From contig CP158635.1 of assembly GCA_050273025.1 (NCBI GenBank), positions 26,846,001 through 26,910,000 on the forward strand: a stretch of 64,000 nt of DNA, read 5' to 3'. The stretch is from Cenococcum geophilum (lineage: Eukaryota). Below are positions 36,748 to 47,117 of the stretch, piece after piece; the first letter of the stretch is position 1, and every line of letters starts with the position of its first letter. The position numbers and the translations under genes are program-made. The notes below the pieces were generated by a model. It had not been told where the DNA came from. It worked only from the letters and a program-made list of their open reading frames with translations, and ran no database searches.

Positions 36748-38993
36748 CTTAATTTTTGGCCTTTTAGGGCCTTGATTCCTTTTTTTTTTTGGACCTATCA
36801 ATGGGTGGTAAAATGGTGTTGGAGCTGCTAGTTCTTCACCGCTCAAGATCGCACGAGCAATGCCTCTTGAGTCGCACTCTTTTCTGGTATCTGATTCCTA
36901 CCAAGTTAGGTTGCCATATTAGCTACTCTTCTTCTTTAATTTTTCCGCCCATTATCACTTGCTCTTGCTGTTATGAATTAGCCACCGTCTGTGCGGTAAT
37001 ACTACTCTTTGGGTGTTCAAGTTAGAATCGGCGCGTAGAATTGGTTTTCAAGTATCTCTTCAGAAAAATCTCTCCATTTTATGGGGAAATCGGAAGAGAA
37101 GCTAATTATTACAACTTACGGTCTTGTCTTGAGGCGGGCATACTCGAAATCCCTACCCAATAGTGCCAAGCTCATGCGGGGAAGCCATACATGCAGCAGG
37201 ATTCTAGGCATCTATCAACAATCATTCCGTCGTAAGACCTCTGGATAACCACATCAGCTGTGCACAAAGCGGTACGTAAGCCCAATAAGAGAGTTGAATT
37301 ATCTGGTCGTACGATACCTTAATATTACTTGCTCGGCCAGATCATTTTTGGTGTTTTTCTTTAGAACACTATCTCCGACTCATATGGATACTGCAATAAC
37401 TAAGTCAAAACGGAACGGCGGACTTTCCACAAGGCTTTGCAGGATAGAGGGAAAAAGAGAAAACAAAGACAAATGGATGGTTATAAAGAAAATAGCTCAT
37501 TGTTGAAATGTAATTGTTGACTTAATTCGTCTATCTAGGGAAGCTAGTATAATATTAAGGGGGTTGGCTTGCCAGCCTCCTTACGCCACCAGGGGATCGA
37601 TTCTTAACGCTCCTACTCGAACTAATAGTGTAGGTCGATAGCTCCCACTTAAACTAACGATGTAAGAAAACTAGCGTTAGGTAAAACCTAAGTTATATAG
37701 CCGCAAGGTATGGGCGACCCAGGGGTAACCTAAGAGTAACTCGCCTGTAAGGCACGTGCGCTACATGTACCTAGTAAGCAGACTTGTCAAGGATAAATTA
37801 TCCTATCTAGTTAGGCGGATAATAATCCTATCCGAGGATAGCCCGGATATCGGATAATATCCAAATAAGGCTTAGCATCCGCAGAATTTTAACTACAAAA
37901 CTAAATCTTTTATTTCTATTATATAACGCTATAAATATAGCTAATACTAGTAAAACTTACTCTAAAAACTTTAATAATAATAATTCCTCTAAAGTTGGTA
38001 TACTTTCCACCCCTTTAAGCGGCGTTAAGACTAAAGCTAATACCGGTTTAATCCCAACTACTTATATAACACAGACCTTAAGATAAATCTCCTTAATTTA
38101 TAAACATACTTATACGGCAATAAAGGAAGAAAAAGCTTATACGAAGAAACGCTATTTTTATAAATACTATCCTCCTTAAGACCCAAAAGGACACCATTCC
38201 TTAACCGTTAGATTATAAGGCTATCTTAGAAAATATAATATTAAATAGAATCTAGTAGAGAATTAGGAGCGTATAACAGCAAAAGATTAGGGGGAGAGAT
38301 CTCTTTTAGAACTATATTAGAAGCTTCTAGCAAAAGGAGAAGTTTAAGGTCTTAAGGGCGAGGTTTTGAAGCGTACGGTATATTAAAATACCGTAGAGCA
38401 AGTACTTCTAGATCTGATTATCGTATAACGGCTTCCCTTCTTATATATAGAATGGCTAGAATTTTATACTTTTATAAAAGCATTAAATTAAGAAGCACCC
38501 TTAATTATCCCTATATCCCACGCAACGATTATAGGCTAGATTCTTAAATACTTTATTAAAAGTTAAGATGTTGTATAAAAAGTACTTTAATCTATAAAGA
38601 TAAATATTTACCTTGCCGTGGACATCTGGACCTCTCTAAGTTATACCCTTCTTCTTAGAATCTGTGCTAGCTTTATTAATATCTAAGATAAATACCGGAA
38701 CCCCTTAATTACCCTTTATATAGTATTTAGTTAAAGTAATACAGATTAATAGGAGGCGCTTTATCCGGTTCTTATTAAGTATAGCATTAAAATAAAGATT
38801 AGAGCTCTTATTGGCGATAATGCCGGATTAAACAATGTTCTTTATTATACAATTGGCTAATAGCTTAGCCTTAAGTATAAAATTAACTAGATCGCAATAT
38901 ATTAAAGAATTCGCTATTAGGGGCACGTTATTAATCTTATTATTTAGGCCTTTTTATTTAGTTTAAAGAAGGATAAAAAGCTTATAAACTTAT

Positions 38994-40940
38994 TGTCGGT
39001 ATCACCCGGGGGGGTACTGCAATTGCAATATAAGGTAACAGGTTCTTTGATTCATTCGTGTCTTTCGCAGAGGATCGTAAGGATCGCGGTGCCTAAATAG
39101 GGGGCTGATGAGTCACCGTAAGGATGACTAATCAGAGACATAACCACGTAACCTCTACTCGTATAGACACTGGCGACATTTACAAAAAGGAAAGAAGGTA
39201 AGAAAGTATAAAGGAGAAGTATATAGCAGTACGGTGCCAGCTTAGACGGACTGTAGGCGTAACGGTACAATTGTTTAGTCGGTAGACTCTATCTATATAT
39301 TCCAACACTGGCAGTTCTTTCTTTGTGCGTAAAACCACCAATATATAGACTTTATTAACGTAGTATTCGTAGCTTGCAAAGGCCGTAGGGGGGGGAGGAG
39401 CACGCTGGCATTTAGGGCGCGCTATTAACGTAATTTTCGACGTGGCAGATCTGCAGGGGAGGCAGCAGACAGTGACGTTCGTAGGTAAGGGGAGCTCGGC
39501 CGTAGGAAGGTCATTTGAGACAGCTGGAGCTGAGTTGCGCTGTTGCCGGGCAGGTTGCGGAGGTTCGTACGAGCTTGGCTGCCGTAGGTCCTTGGCTTTA
39601 GTTAAGGGGGAGAGTGAAGCTAGCGGAGCTTGCGCGGGCGGAGCTTGTGCGGACGGAGCTTGCGCAGGCGGAGCTTCTGTAGACGGAGCTTGCGTAGGCG
39701 GAGCTTGCGCGGACGGAGCTTGTGCGGACGAGGCTTGTGTAGGCGGAGCTTGCGCGGACGGAGCTTGTGTAGGCGGAGCTTGTGTAGACGGAGCTTGCGT
39801 GGACGGGGCTTGTGCAGATGGGGCTTGCGTGGGCGGAGCTTGCGCAGACGGAGATTGCGCGGACGAAGCTTGTGTGGACGGAGCTTGCTGGGGTATAGAC
39901 GCAGCAGGTGGTTGAGGTGTCCTAGGGGTGGTGGCAAGTGGGCGTAATTTGAGACGATAGTTGATAGCATACGAATTGAAGGGTCCTTCGCTGTTGATAT
40001 ATAGCTGAATTTCTGCATCTGACCATTCCGTACGGTCGTCCTCGTGAGCGACGTCGTACAGTGCTTGTGGTACTGACTTGCTCTTTTTGTTAAAGACCCA
40101 TACTCCATTACGTTGGAGTAGTTGTTTAAGTCTTTTAATTGCAGACCTATTAGCGTCCTTAAATGTTTGTACCTCAAAATTATCGAAGTCCTCTTGGTAT
40201 GAATCCCATAGGGTTTTATCCTTAAAGTTGTAGCTAGTATACTCATTGATTTTGAAGTAAATGTAATTGGTGATATCCTCTGCAGTAGTCTCGTTGGTTA
40301 GGGTGATTCCATTGGCCCAGTTTGGACGTTGGGTTCGTGTATCGGACATAATTGACTGGCGTAGGTTGTGGTTTAGGTCGTAGTGTAGGTAGGGGTGTAG
40401 GTAGGGGTGCTGCTGACGCTGCTGGGTGTACTGGCGCTCAGTAAAGAGGTCGTACTGGGTATTGATTTGCGTGGTGGACGCGAACCGAACGAAGCCTTGG
40501 TAGGAGTCGGTTCTTCTTAGCAAACGCGACGTAATCGACGGGCCTTGGTAGGAGCGATCGCGTGTTGTCTCTCGTGGTAGATTTTGCGTGATGGACGCGA
40601 ACCGAACGAAGCCTTGGAGGAGTCGGTTCTTTGAGTTCCCAGGGCCTATACAGGAAGGGTTCTCCTTAGCAAACACAACGTGGTCGACGGGCCTTGGTAG
40701 GAGCGATCGCGTGGTGCCTCTCTTCGTAATAACACCTGGCTGATCTGTGATATTAACTGATTAGTGTCGGTATCACCCGGGGGGGTACTGTAATTGCAAT
40801 ATAAGGTAATAGGTTCTTTGATTCATTCGTGTCTTTCGCAGAGGATCGTAAGGATCGCGGTGCCTAAATAGGGGGCTGATGAGTCACCGTAAGGATGACT
40901 AATCAGAGACATAACTACGTAACCTCTACTCGTATAGACA
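38994..40940 (-). mobile_element. Gag-only non-autonomous copia derivative (1947 bp)
   Basis: 176-bp LTRs at 38994-39169 and 40765-40940 (three C>T differences), TSD CTTAT. LTR-adjacent motifs (...TCGCCAG|TGT) match copia B. No pol. Confidence 0.92.
39180..40349 (-). CDS. Truncated copia gag N-terminal domain plus (APSAQ/APPTQ)n repeats
   Basis: Open frame from MSDTRTQRPNWANGI; the LWDSYQEDF...LLQRNGVWV segment resembles copia B gag (~11600-11830); 15-bp tandem repeats at 39620-39890. Confidence 0.6.
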   Translation of the reverse strand: MSDTRTQRPNWANGITLTNETTAEDITNYIYFKINEYTSYNFKDKTLWDSYQEDFDNFEVQTFKDANRSAIKRLKQLLQRNGVWVFNKKSKSVPQALYDVAHEDDRTEWSDAEIQLYINSEGPFNSYAINYRLKLRPLATTPRTPQPPAASIPQQAPSTQASSAQSPSAQAPPTQAPSAQAPSTQAPSTQAPPTQAPSAQAPPTQASSAQAPSAQAPPTQAPSTEAPPAQAPSAQAPPAQAPLASLSPLTKAKDLRQPSSYEPPQPARQQRNSAPAVSNDLPTAELPLPTNVTVCCLPCRSATSKITLIARPKCQRAPPPPTAFASYEYYVNKVYILVVLRTKKELPVLEYIDRVYRLNNCTVTPTVRLSWHRTAIYFSFILSYLLSFL

Positions 40941-41893
40941 CTTATATAATAAAGAGGATAAAGAATAGGATAAAGAAGAAGAAGAGGAAGGAGAAGAAGT
41001 TGTATAATAAGTACTACCGCTAGTTAAAAGGAAAGATAAGAGGAAAAAAAAGGATAAAGAATTAGAAACAGTATTAGACAAAAAGTGTAAAAGATATTTA
41101 AATATTTAAAATATTATAGGGCTAATAGAAAAGCTTTATAACTATATTATTTATATCTATAGATTAGCTAACCATATAATATAGTTTATTAAACATACTA
41201 ATAAAATTATTCCTTTTAATGATTATACGAGATGGAATAGCTAGTTTTTTATATTATATATAGCTTTAGAGAATAAGGTAAAGGCTAGGCTTTAACTCTA
41301 TATAAAGTACTATAAGAACAATTTCCTAAAAGATAACATCCTCTTAATAAGCAAATAGATACACCTTCGTACGATTTATAATTTCTTTTAGTCTTTTTAT
41401 AAAGCAACTCTATTTCTTTAAGAAGATTATATAATACTAAAGAGGGTTCTAGAATTAGTTAATATTCTTAAGAATATAATATAAACCGCATTAGTATATT
41501 ATATAATACTTTTAATATTTCTTTAGCTAATTCTTTCCTTCTAGGTAATAGCTACTAAGGCTAAGGATAAGTTTATAGCTGCTTAACTCTAACGTGCTAA
41601 GGAAAAGCTTATAAAATACGTTAAAAAGCTAGATAATTCTCCCTACTATTTAGCGGCATAAGTTCTTAACCTAGAGTGTTATACGGCTTTCTTAAAAGAT
41701 TAGAACGATTATATTACCATTAAAGGAGAAAAAAAGCTCTTTAGCGTATAAAAGCTCTAGGAGAGGTTCTATAAGAAAGTAATACTTTTAGGTTTAACTA
41801 TATTATACGCAACTAAGAAAACTTAAAAGTCGCCTTTAAAGTTTAAAGAAAACCTCTCTACCTTCTAAAAGGCTCGTCTTTAGCATTATTTAA

Positions 41894-44437
41894 CATCGGG
41901 AAAATATGGTACCCTTTCAATGGCCTTAATGGCTGGTGGTTGACGCAATTGGCGCGCAGTTAAGGTCATTTAGTAACTCGACCGACTAGCCTATATCGTG
42001 TTTTTTTGACACGCAGCCTGCGCGCAGCCTGCGCGCAACCTACGCGCAACCTGCTAGCAATCTACGCATTTGGTAACTATAATTATATTTACCTCTTTTA
42101 TACTAATAGTATATTTTAAATAAATAAAAGCTACTTTAAAGCTATTTATAAGGCTAGCAAAATAAATATTATTATTTTAGATAATTTAATATAATATAGC
42201 GATGGTTCTCTTCTATCTATCTACTTATTAACTTACCTACCTGCCTATATTACCTACCTGTCTATATTACCTACCTATCTATATCGCCTACCTATCTGCA
42301 TCTACTTGCCTATCTATATCTACTTACCTATATATATTTACTTACCTATTTATATCTACCTACCTATCTATATTACCTACCTATCTATATCGCCTACCTA
42401 TCTGCATCTACTTGCCTATCTATATCTACTTACCTATTTATATCTACCTACCTATCTATATCTACTTACCTATCTATATCTACTTACCTATCTATATCTA
42501 CCTACCTATCTACATTTACTTGCCTATCTACATCTACTTACTTATCTATATCTACCTACCTACCTATCTGCATCTACCTACCCGTTAGTATCTCCCTATT
42601 TATGCCTACCTGTCTATACTACCTTAATTTAATCAATCGATTAAATTATTTATAGTATTCGCTGGCTAGTTATTATCGTCTAGCTCTGGCAATAGTCGTC
42701 TAGTTCTGGCGATGGTTGTCTAACTCTGGAGACAGTTGTCTAGTTCTAGCGACGGTTGTCTAGTTCTAGCGACGGTTGTCTGGCTCTGGCGACAGTCGTC
42801 TAGTTTTAGTAACAGTTGTCTAACTCTAGAGACGGTCGTCTAGTTCTAGCGACGGTTATCTAGTTCTGGTAACGGTTGTTTAGTTCTAGCGACGGTCGTC
42901 TAGTTCTAGCGACAGTTATCTGGCTCTAGCGATAGTCGTCTAGTTCTGGCGACGGTCATCTGGTTCTGGCGACGGTCGTCTAGTTCTGGCGACGGTTGTC
43001 TAGTTCTGGCGACGGTCGTCTGGTTCTAGCGACAGTTATCTAGCTCTGGCGATAGTCGTCTAGCTCTAACGATGGTTGTCTAGTTCTGGCGATGGTCGTC
43101 TAGCTCTGGCGACGGTCGTCTGGTTCTAGTAACGATTGTCTAGTTCTGGTAACAGTCATCTAGTTCTGGCGACGGTCGTCTAGTTCTAGCGATAGTTATC
43201 TAGTTCTAGCAACAGTCCTCTGCTAGCTGCCGTTCTAGTACCTCCCTAAGTAGGGAGGATATAAGGAAGGAAGAAAGGGTAAAAAATAAGGCGGCTACAT
43301 AGGCAGAGACACGTGTAGACGCTATTAGGAATATAGCGGGGACCCAATGCAGAGCTTCGTGTAGAGCCTCCATACGCAGAGCTTTACGCAAAGCTTCGCG
43401 CAGAGCCTTGTGTAGAGCCTCTATACGTAGAGCTTCGTATAGAGCTTTATATAGAGCTTTGTATAGAGCCTCCGTATACAGAGCTTCGCGTAGAGCCTCG
43501 TGCAGAGCTTCATATAGAGCCTCCGTACGCAGAGCTTCGCGCAAAGCCTCGTACAGAGCTTCGTGCAGAGCTTCGTGCAGAGCCTCCGTATGTAGAGCCT
43601 TGCACAGAGCCTCGTGCAGAGCCTCTATACATAGAGCTTCGTGCAAAGCTTCGTGCAGAGCTTCGTGCAGAGCTTCATGCAGAGCCTCTATACGTAGAGC
43701 TTCGTGCAGAGCCTCTATACGCAGAGCTTCGTGCAGAGCCTCTATGCGCAGAGCTTCGTGCAGAGCCTCTATGCGCAGAGCTTCGTGCAGAGCCTCTATG
43801 CGCAGAGCTTCGTGCAGAGCCTTTATGCGCAGAGCTTCGTGTAGAGCCTCTATGCGCAGAGCTTCGTGCAAAGCCTCTATACGCAGAGCTTCGTGCAGAG
43901 CCTCTATGCGCAGAGCTTCGTGCAGAGCCTCTATACGCAGAGCTTCGTGTAAAGCTTCGTGTAGAGCCTCGTGCAGAGCCTTATACAGAGCCTCTAAGTA
44001 ATAAGACTATATAAGATTGTATAAGATTATATTAGATAATATATAATAGTTAAATATATAGTATATAACTTTACCTTAATTACATATTAAGAAATATACA
44101 GTTACCTTTTAAAGTTGCTAAGTAGGTTAACTGCGTATTATTTAACTTTTAAATATATTAAGTTAGTTAATTACGTATTAATTACGTATTAAGTTAGTTA
44201 AATTGCGTGTTAAGTTAGTTAATTACGTATTAAGTTGGTCAAATTGCGTGTTAAGTTAGTTAATTGCGTATTAAGTTAGTTAAATTGCGTATTAAGTTAG
44301 TTAATTGCGTATTAAGTTAGTTAAATACGTGTCAAGTTGGTTAATTGCGTATCAAGTTAGTTAAATTGCATGTTAATTACGCGAAACGCGAAAATCAAAG
44401 TCTACTTAAATCTCATCCTGCGAATATTTTCCCGATA
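41894..44437. mobile_element. Non-autonomous TIR element, CATCGG family copy 2 (2544 bp)
   Basis: Termini CATCGGGAAAATAT / ATATTTTCCCGATA, 2-bp TSD AA. Excising it restores the hAT frame (L-K-H/Y-T-R-P-Q-S). Same internal array order as 628-2859. Confidence 0.88.
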
Positions 44438-46266
44438 AAAGTATACTCGTCCACAGAGTCTAAATAAGTTTAATAACTATATTAACGAGAATCCAATTCC
44501 GCTTAATAGCCGTACAATAGCTATTTAATAGTAAAATCAGCCTCTTTAGCATACGAGATTTCTATAACTCTTATAGCTTATAATTAAAGTTCTCTTAATA
44601 CCTAGAATAAGCGATAAGCTAGAAAGAGTATTTTTAGGTTCTTAACGTCGCGTTCTATAGGATTGTACAAGAACTACTTTACAAATACTTAAGGTATCGG
44701 AGTGCGTAAAGGACTAGGCAGCTTATAAGATTCTAAGTATTCTCTTATAGTCGTATAAGGGAAAGTATATAAGGGGTATGTTATACAATACTAAAAGGGG
44801 GGTATATAAATAAAATAATTTTAGGTAAAAGGTAACTACTAAAGGCGTGTAGGTGGCGTAGGTAAATATACAAATTTAAAAAATTATAAGTTTAATTCCT
44901 ACCAATGTCGTTCTTTATTAAGAATTGGGAAATATAATTATCTAGTATACTTCTCGTCCTACCATATAAGAGATTCTCCATTAACATTACTATACTATAA
45001 GTAAACTCTCCTCTCTATATAATATACCTTTATAACTAACTACTCTTAGGATAAGTAGGAGAGGGTAGAAGCTTTACCAGCAATTAATATAGAGGCTTAG
45101 GCGGGGGGGGTATTAAAGAGGCAGGTATAGACGGGAAGGCCCTTATATATAAATGCGATTCTAATTTAGAGCTATAGATCTCTAAATATAATTATAAGTA
45201 ACCTATATTACTTATATAAGGTAGAGAGCTAATTAAATATTAGTCCTACGAGGCTTATATAGCAACTCCGCGTCGTCTAATAGGCCCTTACCCCTTTACT
45301 AAGTATCAGAGTCTCCTAGGGTTCTATAGTAGGTGCTGTGGAAATTATAAGTAACGGGATTATAGGGCTTAATATTCATCGTATAATAAAAATTCTTAAC
45401 CTATAGCGGCGGCAGCGGCACTAGAGGGTAAGGATCGGATCGTGGAACTAGAATAATAAGGATTAGATAAAAGTTACTAAATTTAACTACTAGGTCTCCT
45501 CTCTTTTTTTTTACTACTTTTTATTTTATTTTATAGTACCTTATATAAGAAGAAGCATAAATAGAGAAGGTAGAAAGGAGATACCTAATTAGTAGGGAAG
45601 TTAAGGACGTTAGTAGAATATTCGTACGCCAAGAAATGTGGCTAAGACTATCCGAAGACTATCCGGATAGTCTCCGGATACTATTAGCTAATAGGTCTAT
45701 TATCCGAGAGGGCTATCCGACCTATCCTTAACAAGTCTGCTAGTAAGAACCCTTCCTTCCTCCTTTCCCTTAAGGATTCGTCTATTATAATATACCCTAT
45801 TATTCTATTAATTAGACTCCCTATCTATATTCTTACCTTATATTTAAATCCTTACTAATCCCCTTAGGAGGATAGCCTATTTAATTTTTCTACAATGTTT
45901 TAAAAAGAAGACCGACGCCTATACCGAACGGTAATACGCTAGCGATACAACCGTAAAACGCCTTAGGATCTAGTGTAGACGAAACCGCTAGAAGTATACT
46001 AGTAGAATCTAAGCTATATTAGGAAAACTATAGGATATTAGGGGCTAGCCTAAGTATAACGAAGCCTTATAGTAGATACTACGGTGGACTTATTAATAGG
46101 TTAGGTATATAGGTAAATATAATAATAAGATCTAACTATAGAGTAGGTGCCTAATAGATTAACTCTAATTATATTCTAATATTTGCTATAAAGAGAAAAC
46201 TATCTAGGTAGGAACTATAGTCCTTTAAATATATAACTGTACTCCTAATAAATCCCTTTATATATG

Positions 46267-46410
46267 TGTCGATCGAGGTAGTAATGACGTAACAGTCGTC
46301 ACGGCTGACGTTAGTCTTCGCCACCTATTTCATATATATATAGTCTCTTTTCTTCGTAGTTTAATCTATACACGAGTCCTTCTTTTATGACCCACTTTTT
46401 GCGGTCGACA
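46267..46410. mobile_element. Solo LTR (144 bp) related to 36370-36519, inverted
   Basis: TGTCGATCG...CGGTCGACA termini; flanks ATATG / ATAAG (one mismatch). Confidence 0.7.
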
Positions 46411-47117
46411 ATAAGATACGTAAAGTATATAAAATACGTAATAGACCTTATAGTTCTTATAGAGCTTATAGAGCTCGTTATATAACCTCGCTTACCACTC
46501 GTTATATAGCTCTACCAGTTCTATTATAGCCCATACTACGTCCTATAGCTCGTCTAGTTTACTAAGAAGTAACGCGGACAGCCCGCAGCGCCAGTAATCG
46601 CACTCATTCCAATTAATCTAATTATGTTACATTTCTGGCAAAAAGTACTAATAGGAGCTGTCGTGATTGATATCTTCGTACAAGTATTATGAGTTGAACA
46701 AATTGTCAATAAAAACTCCTCGGAAAATATCCTACGACTGTCACTGTTGCAATAACGAAGAGTAGTGCTTGAGACATGCTTTCCTAATCGGACGATTCGA
46801 TCCAAGTGCCTTCCCATACCCTAGTGCTCGCTCTCTGGTAGAGGAGTGACACCTCTTTGTACTGTTCTCGCTGGTATAGCAATCAAGCAAGGCAGCAGCC
46901 GCTTGTCAATGTCGAGAGTGCTCCTTCCCAAGCGCCTTCTCCCTCCCCTGCCAGTGCTCGTCGGTTCATCTTTTTCACCTGCTTCCAGCCAACAAAGACG
47001 TTCTTTCGGACTACTCTTTTCTATATTGGAGCTAGGAGCTCCTGGTAGCCATATTTTACACACGTTCTCCTTTAGGCGCGTTAACGTAGGTATGAAGGAA
47101 GCTAATCATTCGACTTA

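Larger units (their letters stand above)
37779..45739 (+). mobile_element. hAT DNA transposon, RIP-inactivated, with two nested insertions
   Basis: TIRs CAGACTTGTCAAGGATA / TATCCTTAACAAGTCTG, 8-bp TSD CTAGTAAG. Transposase remnants: BED-like Cys/His (~38150-38230), AVDIWTS (~38615), IRC.GH.INL (~38910), TRWNS (~41228), dimerisation motif ERVFS (~44620). Confidence 0.95.
37553..46560. repeat. RIP-degraded, probably LTR-element remnant that hosts the hAT (pieces 37553-37778 and 45748-46560)
   Basis: AT-rich, TpA-rich sequence on both sides of the hAT TSD; LTR-like start TATTAAGGGGG; boundaries approximate. Confidence 0.4.

Noticed and set aside
39100..39140. CTGATGAGTC...GAC in the mini-copia LTR as a hammerhead ribozyme (retrozyme)
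   Set aside because: Stem II is followed by TAAT rather than the required GAAA in both LTRs, and no stems I/III with a cleavage triplet are evident; it is a simple hairpin.
39442..40246. (DGACA)n, (RSLC)n and (RKLR)n ORFs
   Set aside because: Other frames of the 15-bp gag repeat.
42670..43220. Regular ~21-bp repeats (also 1510-1900) as a CRISPR array
   Set aside because: Head-to-tail units with no unique spacers, eukaryotic context, no cas genes.
43206..44001. ORFs (EALH)n and (RASC)n
   Set aside because: Translations of a 12/21-bp minisatellite inside a non-autonomous element; not conserved as an ORF in copy 1.
36393..46385. Inverted ~55-bp match between 36393-36448 and 46327-46385 as TIRs of one 10-kb element
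   Set aside because: Each match lies inside its own solo LTR with TG...CA ends and separate flanking duplications.
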